A DNA stretch of 64,000 bases from an uncultured cyanobacterium (GCA_963718615.1 OY970368.1:3680001-3744000), one strand, 5' to 3'. Shown: positions 1 to 10,627, numbered from the stretch's first letter. Notes: generated from the letters alone by a model not told the origin. A program made the numbers and translations.

Positions 1-1142
1 TTGGCCCGGACTCGATCAATCACCCCATCATTGCCGGTCAAAATTACAATGGGCACCTCTCTAAAGGCTGAAACCCGCCGAATTTGCTTACACAGCTCAT
101 AGCCATTGGCGACAGGCATAACCAAATCTAAAAAGATCAGTGCGGGTTTTTGACGCAAAATGGTCGCGACCGCCTCAACAGCCTCCTGCACACAAATGAC
201 TTGATAGCCTGCTTCCGTCAGCATTTGCTCCATGAGATAGCAAATTTGTGGACTATCATCCACACAGAGAATCGTTTTCCCTCTGTTTTTTCCGACTGAG
301 GCGGCTGAGGACCCTGGTCTGGATGGACCCGAAGAGGAAGCTCGGGTGGTAGTTTGGGGGACCGTTCCTGTCCGGCCAAGCTGGGGTTCGGGCAAGTCGG
401 GGACTTGCTCTAGGGTAATAATGTCTTGGTCTTTATAAACCGCTAGCAGTCGGGCCAGGGTGGTCAAATCTTTCTGCATTTTGACCGCTAAATCCCGCAC
501 GGAACGCTTGCCGTTGAGTACCGTCAGAAATCGTTCGTGGGTAGGTGGGATGGAGCGCCCATGCTGACGCATCCCTTCCTCATTAATTTGAGGAGCGCAG
601 TTAGGAGATTGCAGTCCCAGTTCCGTCACTTGCCAAGCCCGGAAGCTCGCATGCGCTCGCGCAATGGACTCATCATAGGAGCCCAGAACGGTCACAGGCG
701 ACTCTGGCATCTCCTGTTCTTCGGTGTCGCAACTGACCTCAACAATACTAGAAGCTGCTAAAAACGCATCAAATAGGACCTCATTTACCGTGTTGTCGAT
801 GGCAAATTGCATCGATTTCCGCGTAATCCGCCGCTGCTCGTATAGCTGGGTCAAGATGTAATGCTCTAGCTGAACTGGCTCCCCTTCGATGGAGAATTCG
901 ATTGATTTGGGCGGAATGCGCAACTGTCGCAACTGTCGATACCAGCGTCGCCAGCGATGATTTCCCCCTGAAGCCCAAACTACTCTGCCCGAGGCAAAGT
1001 AAAGACTCCATTCCTGCTCCACATCCGTTTTGATGCCGAGCTTGCCTTGACCTTCACTTTGGATGATTTGTTGAATCGTACCCGCTAGGTTTAGGGCGGT
1101 GAGACCGTTTTTGACTGGATATATGCGTTCTGCTGTCGCCAT
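1..1142 (-). CDS. PatA-family response regulator (PATAN-like N-terminus plus C-terminal receiver), running off the left edge
   Basis: Manual translation from ATG at 1142: MATAERIYP...EWSLYFASGRVVWASGGNHRWRRW. The receiver part reads ILCVDDSPQIC...FLDLVMPVANGYELCKQIRR...PIVILTGNDGVIDRVRAK. Absent from the ORF track because it is truncated. Confidence 0.85.
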   Translation of the reverse strand, partial: MATAERIYPVKNGLTALNLAGTIQQIIQSEGQGKLGIKTDVEQEWSLYFASGRVVWASGGNHRWRRWYRQLRQLRIPPKSIEFSIEGEPVQLEHYILTQLYEQRRITRKSMQFAIDNTVNEVLFDAFLAASSIVEVSCDTEEQEMPESPVTVLGSYDESIARAHASFRAWQVTELGLQSPNCAPQINEEGMRQHGRSIPPTHERFLTVLNGKRSVRDLAVKMQKDLTTLARLLAVYKDQDIITLEQVPDLPEPQLGRTGTVPQTTTRASSSGPSRPGSSAASVGKNRGKTILCVDDSPQICYLMEQMLTEAGYQVICVQEAVEAVATILRQKPALIFLDLVMPVANGYELCKQIRRVSAFREVPIVILTGNDGVIDRVRA

Positions 1143-1320
1143 AATTCGAGGGATTGTCTGGTTGTACCCCTTTTGCCCTGACTTCTCAACAACCTAAAAC
1201 ATGAAGGGGAATGGGTTGTGGCTGCACGTCTGAACTTGCACGGGTGGTAATTGCGCAAGGACAATTTAGGTCCAATTAGGTTTAGAGTGCCCGGATTATG
1301 GTGAGGCGAATCAATACACC

Positions 1321-1356
1321 AAAAAACGTCGTAGAAAGAATATTCTTTCTACTGCG
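1321..1356 (-). terminator. Intrinsic terminator downstream of the DUF2973 gene
   Basis: Perfect palindrome GTAGAAAGAATATTCTTTCTAC (1331-1352) followed by a T6 run on the minus strand. Confidence 0.55.
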
Positions 1357-1414
1357 CTCACCCTGCTACCGCTAGGGTTCTATCTGGCTTGCTCCCGAAG
1401 GGAGCTGAAAACCT

Positions 1415-1732
1415 CTAGGCTTCTTCAGAGGAATCTGTAGTTTTTTCGCTTGGGGATGAATTGTAGAGTGCATCTAGTTTGCTGCGCACTTCGTCGATGG
1501 GAAGCGATCGCATCACCAAAAGCGGCTCATTGAGCAATTCTCCCGCATTATTAAATAGCTCCGGATGGGGCGTTCGCTGAGGTCTGGGCGGCTCGGGGGA
1601 TTGAGGGTCGAGTCCTTGGGCGGGCATGCCCCGCTGAGAATCGCGCCCCAGAACAAACATATTGCGAATTAAGTTCCCCACAGCCAGCACTGCCAGGACG
1701 GTGAATACCAGCATATAAAGCAGATGCAGCAT
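1415..1732 (-). CDS. DUF2973-family cyanobacterial membrane protein
   Basis: MLHLLYMLVFTVLAVLAVGNLIRN N-terminus and HPEL...EPLLVMRS...R.KLDALY motif; start moved to the MLHLLY ATG. Confidence 0.75.
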   Translation of the reverse strand: MLHLLYMLVFTVLAVLAVGNLIRNMFVLGRDSQRGMPAQGLDPQSPEPPRPQRTPHPELFNNAGELLNEPLLVMRSLPIDEVRSKLDALYNSSPSEKTTDSSEEA

Positions 1733-1922
1733 GGAAGATCCTCCAATCATTTCAATATCCTCAGGGGAAGCGGTCAACGGGTTAACTAAAAACTAAAAAA
1801 CTTAACTTGATGCTATGGGGGGGCTCCAATGGGTTCAAAATTCGTTCAAAACTGATTAAAGAATGATTAAAAAACTAGCTGGATTGACGCCCGGTTTACA
1901 AAATTCGTTTAGCAAAATTTGT

Positions 1923-2249
1923 TTAGCTCTGAGAGGAAGTTGAGCGGTGCTGTACAGTCATGCCGACTTGCCAACACTCCAACACCAGTTGGTGCCAAGG
2001 GACAAGAATCGACGTTTCAATGCCTGCTTTGCCGCCGGTCGCATTGAGGAGGGCCTGGGCGGAACTCACTTCTTTCTGAGTCTGTTGAATCCGGGCTAGC
2101 AATTGGGCCTGCTCTTGGGCCTCTAGAACATTAACCTCTTCTGTTTCCAGTAGCCGACGCGTCCGTCCAAACCAAAATTGAAAATCTTCGAGCAGGGGTT
2201 GGAGCACTGCTTTGAGTAATTCGGGTTCAGAGACTGAAGGGTTGAGCAT
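1923..2249 (-). CDS. DUF2605-family protein
   Basis: LLKAVLQPLLEDFQFWFGR...PWHQLVLECWQV motif; sits next to DUF2973 and thrS as is usual in cyanobacteria. Confidence 0.75.
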   Translation of the reverse strand: MLNPSVSEPELLKAVLQPLLEDFQFWFGRTRRLLETEEVNVLEAQEQAQLLARIQQTQKEVSSAQALLNATGGKAGIETSILVPWHQLVLECWQVGMTVQHRSTSSQS

Positions 2250-2507
2250 GACAGCACAGTTGAGCCAATATAAACAACAGGACTGAGGTGGACTGAGGTC
2301 AAGGGTTCTCCATGCCTGTTGCTCTAAATATTAACGTGATTTACTGGGCGTAATGAACCTTCTTTAGGTTTACTTATCAGCTTGGGGGTCTGGGGTCGGC
2401 ACCGGTTTGCGAGCAACCGCTAAGATAAGACAATGGACGGCGGTCCAGTAAAATGTGCTGCTGGCGATCGCCACCCAATTCGTTTCGTTTCATTCATTTC
2501 TCAAGTT

Positions 2508-4316
2508 ATGCCCCCCGCCTCCGCCGCAGAACCCATCCGTTTATCCAAGACCAGTGAGTCTGAACAGCTAAAGAAGATTCGCCACACCACCTCCCATGTG
2601 ATGGCCATGGCGGTGCAAAAGCTGTTTCCCAAGGCTCAAGTGACCATTGGTCCTTGGACGGAAAATGGATTTTATTATGACTTTGATACGCCGGATGCCT
2701 TTACGGAAAAGGATCTGAAGGCCATCAAAAAGGAGATGGTCAAGATCATCCATAAAAAACTGCCGGTGATTCGCGAAGAAGTGAGCCGCGAGGAGGCAGA
2801 AATCCGAATTAAGGCCCTAGGGGAGCCCTACAAGCTGGAAATTCTCGCTGGAATTCAGGAGCCCATTACGCTCTATCACTTGGGTGAGGAGTGGTGGGAT
2901 TTGTGTGCCGGTCCCCATGTGGAGAGCACGGCGGAGCTGAATCCGAAGGCGATCGCCCTAGAATCTGTCGCGGGAGCCTACTGGCGCGGCGATGAAACCA
3001 AAGCTCAACTCCAGCGCATCTACGGCACTGCTTGGGAAACGCCGGATCAACTGGCGGAATATCAGCGCCGCAAGGAAGAAGCCCTGAAGCGGGACCACCG
3101 CAAGCTGGGTAAGGAACTCGGTCTGTTTTTATTCACGGATATCGTTGGACCCGGTTTGCCCCTCTGGACTCCCAAGGGCACGATACTGCGCAGCACCCTA
3201 GAAGACTTCCTCAAGCAGGAGCAAACGAAGCGGGGCTATCTGCCGGTGGTAACGCCCCACATTGCCCGTGTCGATTTGTTTAAAACCTCCGGGCACTGGC
3301 AAAAATACAGCGAGGACATGTTTCCGATGATGGCGGAAAATGAGGCCGCTCGCTTGCAGGAACAGGGCTTTGTGATGAAGCCGATGAACTGCCCGTTCCA
3401 CATCCAAATCTATAAGAACGAACTGCGGTCTTACAAAGAATTGCCCATGCGTTTGGCGGAGTTTGGCACGGTCTATCGCTATGAGCAGTCCGGTGAGTTG
3501 GGGGGCTTGACCCGCGTCCGGGGCTTTACCGTGGATGACTCCCATCTGTTTGTGACACCAGAGCAGCTCGACGAAGAATTTCTCAGCGTGGTGGATTTGA
3601 TTCTAGAAGTCTTTAAGAGTTTGCAGCTCAAGAACTTCAAGGCCCGCCTCAGTTTCCGCGACCCCGAATCGGACAAGTACATCGGCACCGACGATGTCTG
3701 GGAAAAATCCCAAAATGCCATCCGCCGGGCTGTGGAAAAGCTGGGCATGGAACATTTCGAGGGCATTGGCGAAGCGGCATTTTACGGTCCCAAGCTGGAC
3801 TTTATCTTTACGGATGTCCTGGAACGGGAGTGGCAACTGGGGACCGTGCAGGTGGATTACAACCTACCGGAGCGATTTGACCTGGAGTATGTCGCTGAAG
3901 ACGGCAGCCGCCAGCGTCCCGTGATGATCCACCGGGCTCCCTTTGGCTCCTTGGAGCGCTTGATTGGCATTTTGATCGAGCAATATGCGGGAGATTTTCC
4001 GCTTTGGCTGGCTCCCGAGCAGGTGCGGCTGCTGGCCGTGACGGAGGACTTTTTGCCCTTCTGTGAGAATGTGGCAAATCAAATGCGATCGCTCGGCGTC
4101 CGGGTTGCCGTGGATCGGGGGGGCGATCGCCTCGGAAAAATGATCCGCAATGCCGAAAAAACCAAAATCCCCGTCATGGCCGTAGTCGGCGCGAAGGAAG
4201 TGGAAAATAATGCGCTCAATATTCGCACCCGCAGGTCTGGAGAATTGGGGGAGCTGACGGTGGCAGAGGTCTTGGAACGGCTGAAGACGGCCCTGGCAGA
4301 ACGGGGAGAGTTTTAG
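2508..4316 (+). CDS. thrS: Threonine--tRNA ligase (short N-terminus, cyanobacterial type)
   Basis: IRHTTSHVMAMAV, DLCAGPHV, RDHRKLG, KPMNCPFH, YGPKLD and MIHRAPFGSLER motifs; likely start is the ATG at 2508. Confidence 0.97.
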   Translation: MPPASAAEPIRLSKTSESEQLKKIRHTTSHVMAMAVQKLFPKAQVTIGPWTENGFYYDFDTPDAFTEKDLKAIKKEMVKIIHKKLPVIREEVSREEAEIRIKALGEPYKLEILAGIQEPITLYHLGEEWWDLCAGPHVESTAELNPKAIALESVAGAYWRGDETKAQLQRIYGTAWETPDQLAEYQRRKEEALKRDHRKLGKELGLFLFTDIVGPGLPLWTPKGTILRSTLEDFLKQEQTKRGYLPVVTPHIARVDLFKTSGHWQKYSEDMFPMMAENEAARLQEQGFVMKPMNCPFHIQIYKNELRSYKELPMRLAEFGTVYRYEQSGELGGLTRVRGFTVDDSHLFVTPEQLDEEFLSVVDLILEVFKSLQLKNFKARLSFRDPESDKYIGTDDVWEKSQNAIRRAVEKLGMEHFEGIGEAAFYGPKLDFIFTDVLEREWQLGTVQVDYNLPERFDLEYVAEDGSRQRPVMIHRAPFGSLERLIGILIEQYAGDFPLWLAPEQVRLLAVTEDFLPFCENVANQMRSLGVRVAVDRGGDRLGKMIRNAEKTKIPVMAVVGAKEVENNALNIRTRRSGELGELTVAEVLERLKTALAERGEF

Positions 4317-4366
4317 AGCGTTGAACGATGACCGCTAGAAAATAGCTGAATCAGAGGCCAAACCGT

Positions 4367-5332
4367 TCATCCCCGCTGGCTCACCAGCCAATTCATCACC
4401 CGCTCACCCAACCGCACATTGCTCAACCGATCGATTTCGCGAATCCCCGTGGGGCTCGTGACATTCACCTCCGTGAGCAACCCGCCAATTACATCAATCC
4501 CAACAAAATACAACCCATCCCGCTGAAGAGCCGGTGCCACCTGTCGACAAATTTCCAGATCGCGATCGGTCATCACAGTTGCGTCTGCACGCCCCCCCAC
4601 CGCCATATTGCCGCGAAACTCGTCCGCCGCTGGCACCCGGTTGACTGCGCCCAAGGGTTCACCCTCAAGCAGAATAATCCGCTTGTCTCCCTCCCGTGCC
4701 GCCGGTAAATAGGTCTGCACCATGACTGGAAATCGGCCTCGATGGGTGCTGATTTCGATCATGGATTTGAGATTGCGATCGCCCCATTCCAAAAACAAAA
4801 TCCCTTCCCCCGCCTTACCATCTAGGGGCTTGAGCACTGCCTTCTGGTGCTCCTCAACAAATTTTAGAATCTCCGACATCCCTGTACTGACTTGGGTGGT
4901 CGGGATTACCGACTGAAATTGTAAGGCATACATTTTTTCATTAGCCTTGCGCAGACCATTGGGTGAATTGATCACCAAGGTTTTTTCCGGGTCTACATAA
5001 TCCAAAATGTAGGTCGCGTAAAAGTAGGCCGCATCCGCTGGCGGATCCTTGCGCATGAAAACAGCCTGCATGTCTTCCAGCGGCAAAAACACCGACTCCC
5101 CTAGCTGATACCAAGGAGATGCCGCCTGCCACCGCTCCTCGCCCAGGGTCACGGGAATGAGCTGAACCGGTTGCAGCCTTGCCCAAGCTTTGCCCTGGAT
5201 GACGCTGAGTTGGCCAAGTTGACCGATCCAGACTTCGTGGCCCCCTTGCTGGGCGGCTTCCATCATGGCAACGCTGGAATCATGGCCAGGGTCAAGGCGA
5301 TCGATCGGGTCAATAATAAAGGCAACTTTCAC
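4367..5332 (-). CDS. gshB: Glutathione synthetase
   Basis: MRKDPP, ANEKMY, KPLDGKAGEG, GDKRI, FRGNMAVGG and EVNVTSPTG motifs. Confidence 0.96.
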   Translation of the reverse strand: MKVAFIIDPIDRLDPGHDSSVAMMEAAQQGGHEVWIGQLGQLSVIQGKAWARLQPVQLIPVTLGEERWQAASPWYQLGESVFLPLEDMQAVFMRKDPPADAAYFYATYILDYVDPEKTLVINSPNGLRKANEKMYALQFQSVIPTTQVSTGMSEILKFVEEHQKAVLKPLDGKAGEGILFLEWGDRNLKSMIEISTHRGRFPVMVQTYLPAAREGDKRIILLEGEPLGAVNRVPAADEFRGNMAVGGRADATVMTDRDLEICRQVAPALQRDGLYFVGIDVIGGLLTEVNVTSPTGIREIDRLSNVRLGERVMNWLVSQRG

Positions 5333-5439
5333 AGCAAAGGTCTCACAATAGCGTGGATGGAAATGGCATCAGAGACGAGGACATGGCAATACCACAGCAA
5401 TACTATGGCCATACCATGTCCCCATTGGCTTAAGTTAGG

Positions 5440-5706
5440 CTAAGCGGCTTGCAGCAAGGAATCCAGTTTGCCATTGCGATCGAGCGCATGAATATCATCA
5501 CAGCCCCCCACATGTTGATCATCAATAAAAATCTGGGGAACACTACGGCGTCCAGCAGCCCGCTCTGACATTTTGCTCCGAGCCGCTTCGTCACCATCAA
5601 TAACGTATTCGGTATATTCGACTCCCTTCTTAGCGAGCAGCGCCTTGGCGCGGATGCAAAAGGGACAAGTTCTCCAGGTGTAAATTTCAACGTTGGCTTT
5701 GTGCAT
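5440..5706 (-). CDS. grxC: Glutaredoxin 3
   Basis: VEIYTWRTCPFC and SVPQIFIDDQHVGGCDD motifs; directly upstream of gshB. Confidence 0.92.
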   Translation of the reverse strand: MHKANVEIYTWRTCPFCIRAKALLAKKGVEYTEYVIDGDEAARSKMSERAAGRRSVPQIFIDDQHVGGCDDIHALDRNGKLDSLLQAA

Positions 5707-5894
5707 GGGATACCTCTTTTGCGCAGAATATTCAGTCGGTCTGTCACTCGGTGGGTGGCAAAACGACCCAATTGTTAAGGAATATGTCCGACTCCATTTT
5801 ATCCAGATCAAAAGGCCTCTGCGTCAACAGAGGCCCAAATTTCCTAACTTGATTCGGTCATTATGGCGTTATGTCATGGCGTTACGTCGCCCTC

Positions 5895-6821
5895 CTAAGC
5901 TTCCACAACGACCTTGGCCTGCTTCCGCTTGCGCCAAGCGAGACCGCTCATCATGCCGACAACGGCAAGACCTGCGACCGGTGAGGATTCCGGCACGGGC
6001 TGAGCGCTCTTGACGTTCCCCAGAATTTGACCATCAAGGACGACGCCATCGTTACCGCATTCTGCAAACAGGTGAGCTACAAAGTTACCAATTTGCAGAC
6101 TAGACTTCTCGACGCTGAATCCGAAAGTATATTTGCCCACAGCCCCAAAGTTACCGAAATCTAAATCGGAATCAAAGCTGTCTAGCATCGTAACACTACT
6201 GGCATAGGTACCAGATTTCATGTTGGTGCGAGCGGCAGCATTTTGATTGAAATAGGTTGTATTGGCTTCCAGGTCTCCAAACGAAGCTTCGCCTTTTTCA
6301 TTTTTAGAAACCTTGAGGCCACTCACAGTATTGGTATTTTGCTTGATACTGGAATAGCCTTGATTGACCGTCGTTAGACTTTGAGACGTCACATCGCTAT
6401 ACAATCCTATCGATTGGGTTGTATCGTTCTGGGCAAATTTCACTGCATAGAGATCACTAGACCCTTCCGCATTGGCGAAGTTATCCGTATCAGCAAAGTT
6501 AATGAAGAGATCGCCATAACCAATGCTGCCCCCCCGAGCGCCCTTAGATAAATAACCATCCAGCGACAAATTACTATTTACAGCAAAGACCACTTTGTCG
6601 TCGTATTCCCGAAAGGCTAAGCCATAAAATTCAAAGGCGCTCTTATTACCAATCACACTACCTTCAGTTCCATCCTTAAAGGAATCAATGGAGTAGTTCC
6701 AGCCGTTAAAGATTTCACCAGCCTGAGCTGCTTGGGGTGCAACCACGGCACAGCCTAATGCAGAAGCAACGAGCAATAGGGTTCTGATGGACTTGATCGC
6801 TTTGGAGTTGAGTACGTTCAT
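5895..6821 (-). CDS. PEP-CTERM (cyanoexosortase-sorted) surface protein, XDD3-like
   Basis: Signal peptide ending AQA, WNYSIDSFKDG N-terminal motif, HLFAECGNDG, and C-terminal VPESS followed by a hydrophobic helix and RKRK. Confidence 0.85.
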   Translation of the reverse strand: MNVLNSKAIKSIRTLLLVASALGCAVVAPQAAQAGEIFNGWNYSIDSFKDGTEGSVIGNKSAFEFYGLAFREYDDKVVFAVNSNLSLDGYLSKGARGGSIGYGDLFINFADTDNFANAEGSSDLYAVKFAQNDTTQSIGLYSDVTSQSLTTVNQGYSSIKQNTNTVSGLKVSKNEKGEASFGDLEANTTYFNQNAAARTNMKSGTYASSVTMLDSFDSDLDFGNFGAVGKYTFGFSVEKSSLQIGNFVAHLFAECGNDGVVLDGQILGNVKSAQPVPESSPVAGLAVVGMMSGLAWRKRKQAKVVVEA

Positions 6822-7230
6822 AATTTTCACCGCCGTGGAATACATCTGAGCAAAATGCAGCGGTAGATGCACAGGTTTTTAAGTAGACGTTGTTTCGCGA
6901 CTCAGAGTGACTGTTATGTGTCGCTTACGTGCAACATCCTGGCACGGGGTCATGGCAAAGCGGTATAGAACCGACCTGATTTTATGAGAAATAGGCAAAG
7001 ACTGGCAGTCTATCTAAAGTCCAAATCAATTGCTTTTTCTCAAAACTTCAAGGGTGAAAAATTAAGGATTTTCACGGAGTAGGAATGGCTGAATGTATTT
7101 CATATACGAAATTTGTGCGGAAAAAGAGCGATCGCCCTTGCGCCCTCCCTTAGATTGCCCTCAGAGAAGCCCAAAAATTGCACCTCAATCCTATGACTGA
7201 GGCGCATAACCAAGGGCTCAAACTAGATTT

Positions 7231-8916
7231 TTACTCGGCTATGGCATACTGAACTAATTGGCCTAAGCGCTGGCGTAAAGTTTCGAGACCCAGGCGATCG
7301 CGGGCAGAGACAAATAGCGCTTGGGGATATTCTTCTTTGGCTTCTTCCAAACGATCGAGATCCACCAAGTCGACTTTATTTAACACGAGTAAAATAGGTC
7401 CCGGCGTCACGGGCATATCGGATAAAATCGACATCACCGCCCGAATTTGACTTTGCCAAGCGGGATGGGAAAGGTCCACCAAATGCAACAAGGCATCCGC
7501 CTCGGTCACTTCCTCCAGGGTTGCACGGAAAGCATCCACCAAGGAGGGGGGAAGCTCGTGGATAAATCCCACAGTATCAGTCAGTAGAATTGTCCGGTGA
7601 TTCTCCGCCTCAGTATCCGAAATCCTGAGCTTTCGCGTTGTGGGGTCGAGCGTTGCAAAAAGCTGGTCGGCTGCATAGACATCGGAATGGGTCAACGTAT
7701 TAAGCAGTGTTGACTTCCCTGCATTGGTATAGCCGACCAAGGCAATGGACGGGACCGACTGGCGCTGACGGTGTTGCCGCAGTCTGGCCCGGTGAGCCTG
7801 AAGTTCATCCACCTGCTGTTGAAGCCGAGAAATCCGACGCTGGATGGCCCGACGTTCGGTTTCGAGCTTGGTTTCCCCTGGACCACGGGTGCCGATACCA
7901 CCGCCCAACCGAGACATGGCCAAGCCTCGACCCGCTAGCCGAGGCAATTGGTATTCCAACTGAGCCAGCTCCACCTGGAGTTTACCGGCTCCGGTCTTGG
8001 CTCGCTGGGCAAAAATATCGAGAATGACTTCCGTGCGATCGACTACCCGCAGTCCAATGCGTCGCTCCAGGTTGCGCACTTGCATGGGGGATAAATCGCG
8101 GTTAAAGACAATCAAACTGGCTCCCACGGTTTGAGCGGCCAGGGCAATTTCTTCGATCTTGCCGTCGCCGACAACGGTTTGGGGGTGGGGTTGCGATCGC
8201 TTCTGCTTCACCACATCCAGCACATCTCCGCCCGCCGATTCGACCAAGCGTTTGAGTTCGGCGAGGGTGTCTTGAAACTGAAGGCGATCGTCTCGATTCG
8301 TCTGTAGCCCGACAATGAGGACGCGATCGTGACCCGGTTCGACTTCCTGGGCTTGGGCTTGGCGGCGAAACTCTGCTTCTAAGCCTTCAACCAGATCGAG
8401 AAAATCCTGTTCGGCGAGGTCCTCCAGCGGTTGCGGCGGCGAAATACTCCAACGGGCCTCCGGATGGGGAATCAAGTGGGCCAAATAGACGCTGTCGACA
8501 TAACCCGTCGCTCCGCCGCCGCGTCGCGTAAAACCCTGTCCTGTCAATGCTAGGGTCACCAAGGCATCAAGCCGCTGCAGCGCCATGGCCGTAAGCTGGG
8601 CTTCATTGGGGGGCGTCGGTTTGAGTTCCGTGGTGATGCAACGAATTCCGCAGAGCCGTTCCGCACCGTAGCGCGGCAGTTCCAGGGGCGAAATTTGGGT
8701 TTGGCGAACCGTACCAACCCCCACCCGAATGACCTGGCCCCGGCGATTGAGATAGACCGAGACCGGCTGACTCAGATCCGTGCTGAGCGCGGCGATCCGC
8801 TGGGCAAATTCTGGGGTGGTGAGGCGATCGCCCGGTAGTCGCTGCTGATAAAGCCGCTGGAGTTGCTTGAGCTGGTTGGGCTTGAGGCCCTTGAGGTTGC
8901 CGTAGACAGTCTCGAT
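7231..8916 (-). CDS. hflX: GTPase HflX (long cyanobacterial form), apparent ATC start
   Basis: GGGIGTRGPGE, GYTNAGKST, LFATLD, DTVGF and NKVD motifs. The frame stays open upstream of the tracked GTG to ATC-GAG-ACT-GTC-TAC-GGC-AAC (IETVYGNLKGLK), with AGGAG 9 nt upstream and an in-frame TAG just beyond. Confidence 0.93.
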   Translation of the reverse strand: METVYGNLKGLKPNQLKQLQRLYQQRLPGDRLTTPEFAQRIAALSTDLSQPVSVYLNRRGQVIRVGVGTVRQTQISPLELPRYGAERLCGIRCITTELKPTPPNEAQLTAMALQRLDALVTLALTGQGFTRRGGGATGYVDSVYLAHLIPHPEARWSISPPQPLEDLAEQDFLDLVEGLEAEFRRQAQAQEVEPGHDRVLIVGLQTNRDDRLQFQDTLAELKRLVESAGGDVLDVVKQKRSQPHPQTVVGDGKIEEIALAAQTVGASLIVFNRDLSPMQVRNLERRIGLRVVDRTEVILDIFAQRAKTGAGKLQVELAQLEYQLPRLAGRGLAMSRLGGGIGTRGPGETKLETERRAIQRRISRLQQQVDELQAHRARLRQHRQRQSVPSIALVGYTNAGKSTLLNTLTHSDVYAADQLFATLDPTTRKLRISDTEAENHRTILLTDTVGFIHELPPSLVDAFRATLEEVTEADALLHLVDLSHPAWQSQIRAVMSILSDMPVTPGPILLVLNKVDLVDLDRLEEAKEEYPQALFVSARDRLGLETLRQRLGQLVQYAIAE

Positions 8917-8952
8917 AGGTCGATGCTCCTAGGGGGATAACAGGCTTATTTT

Positions 8953-9441
8953 TTAGGATAGCGATTTTTGATAAAGGCGATCGCATCGAGCGGTTTCGAT
9001 TTCACTGGGATCCCGTTGCTGGTAGCCGCTGGCTTCGTAGAGCGCGACGGCTCCAGCAAGAACGGTAGCGGTTTCCAGCCAAATTTGTGCAAAGCCCCGC
9101 TGGCGAATTTCAGCTTCGAGGGTTTGCAACAGATAGCGGCCTAGACCCTGACCACGAACGCTGGGATGGAGGTACATTTTGCGCAATTCGACGGCCTTGT
9201 GACCTCTAGAAATGGGATAAAACCCAATGGTTCCCACGACCATTCCGGCCTGTTCTGCCACCCAAAAGGCTCCCCCGGTTTGCCAATAGGCCCGTTCAAC
9301 GTCAAGGACATCGCGATCGACCCCGTCCGGATCGCAGCAGAGTCGGAATTCTGCCAAGACTTGGGCAATCAGTTGAGCGGCGGGGTGGCGATCGCGGGGC
9401 TCCCAGTCTCGAATCCAAAAATCACGGTATTGATAAGCCAT
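8953..9441 (-). CDS. GNAT-family N-acetyltransferase
   Basis: ELRKMYLHPSVRGQGLG acetyl-CoA motif and LETA...AVALYE. Confidence 0.9.
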   Translation of the reverse strand: MAYQYRDFWIRDWEPRDRHPAAQLIAQVLAEFRLCCDPDGVDRDVLDVERAYWQTGGAFWVAEQAGMVVGTIGFYPISRGHKAVELRKMYLHPSVRGQGLGRYLLQTLEAEIRQRGFAQIWLETATVLAGAVALYEASGYQQRDPSEIETARCDRLYQKSLS

Positions 9442-9450
9442 TGCCAATAT

Positions 9451-9491
9451 CTCCTGACCGTTAACTCCTGACCGTTAACCCCTGACCGTTA
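9451..9491. repeat. About 14-bp tandem repeat x3 (CCTGACCGTTAAC) between miaE and GNAT
   Basis: ctcctgaccgttaa ctcctgaccgttaa cccctgaccgtta read directly. Confidence 0.85.
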
Positions 9492-10079
9492 GCTATGGAT
9501 TCTGGGGGCAGGGTGCAGCGTTGCCAAAAGCTGGCTTTCCACCGTTGCCAGCTCCCATAAACGCTGTTCAACCTCCCATTGAGGAGAGGCTTGGGTCGCC
9601 AAAATCCAGTAGGCTCCATAATGCCGGGCCTCCGAGGCCATGAGCGCCCTGTAAAAGCTGGCGAGCTTTTGGTCTGGGCAATGCTCCGCTAAGAGACCCA
9701 AACGTTCGTGGCTGCGGGCTTCGATCAGGGCGGCAACCAGCAGCGAGTCCAGAAACCGTTCTGGCTCTTGGCGACGAATTTCGGCCTTGAGCTTACTGCC
9801 GTAGGGTGAGGGCACTAGCGGTCGCAGGGGGATCTGGCGTTCTTCTAGGATTTGGTTGACCTGGTCAAAGTGGTCGAGTTCTTCGCGGGCGATCGCCGTC
9901 AGTGCCTTAATCAACGGTCCGTGGGAGGGATACCGAAACATCAAATTCAGTGCCACCCCGGCAGCCTTGCGCTCGCAGTGGGAATGGTCCAGCAAAATCT
10001 CGTCCAAATTCCCCAGGGATTGGTCAATCCAAGCCACCTGGGTGGGAGACTGCAAAAACTTGATGCTAGCGGCGGGCAT
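9489..10079 (-). CDS. miaE: tRNA-(ms2io6A37) hydroxylase, ferritin-like
   Basis: LLDHSHCERKAA, EELDHF, IEARSHERL and SEARHY diiron motifs. Confidence 0.9.
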   Translation of the reverse strand: MPAASIKFLQSPTQVAWIDQSLGNLDEILLDHSHCERKAAGVALNLMFRYPSHGPLIKALTAIAREELDHFDQVNQILEERQIPLRPLVPSPYGSKLKAEIRRQEPERFLDSLLVAALIEARSHERLGLLAEHCPDQKLASFYRALMASEARHYGAYWILATQASPQWEVEQRLWELATVESQLLATLHPAPRIHS

Positions 10080-10153
10080 AGGAAATTCTAAATAGGAAAT
10101 GCTGAAACCGTTCTGCATACCTTGAGTTGGGTCTCAGATCCAGAATAGCCCGA

Positions 10154-10627
10154 CTAGGACTGAGGCTGAAGATGCCAGACCAACGCTTGTAACCCAAGTC
10201 GATAGCTATTGGCCCCAAATCCGCTAATTTGGCCCACTGCCACTGGGGCGATAAAAGAATGATGTCGGAATTCCTCTCGCTTGTAGAGATTGCTGAGATG
10301 GACTTCGACCGTGGGAATCCCTACACCGGCGATCGCATCCCGCAGCGCCACGCTGGTATGGGTGTAGGCCCCTGCATTAATCAACAGCCCTTGATATTGA
10401 CCCACAGCACCATGAATAGCATCCAAGAGCACGCCCTCGTGGTTGGATTGAAGAAAATCGACAGAAACTCCGAGGGAAATTGCTAACTCCCGGAGATCAT
10501 CATCAACCGCTGCAAGCGTAGTCTTGCCGTAAATGCCTGGCTCCCGTTGACCCAACAGGTTTAGGTTGGGTCCGTGGATAACCAAAATACTGGGATGGGG
10601 AGGTGAACGATGGGGAAATGAACTCAC
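10154..10627 (-). CDS. aroQ: Type II 3-dehydroquinate dehydratase
   Basis: [31 protein letters not shown] and EVHLSN motifs. Confidence 0.96.
   Translation of the reverse strand: MSSFPHRSPPHPSILVIHGPNLNLLGQREPGIYGKTTLAAVDDDLRELAISLGVSVDFLQSNHEGVLLDAIHGAVGQYQGLLINAGAYTHTSVALRDAIAGVGIPTVEVHLSNLYKREEFRHHSFIAPVAVGQISGFGANSYRLGLQALVWHLQPQS

Noticed and set aside
6940-6960. TGGCAC sigma54-like motif upstream of the PEP-CTERM gene
   Set aside because: It is on the wrong strand, has no proper -12 element, and cyanobacteria lack sigma54.
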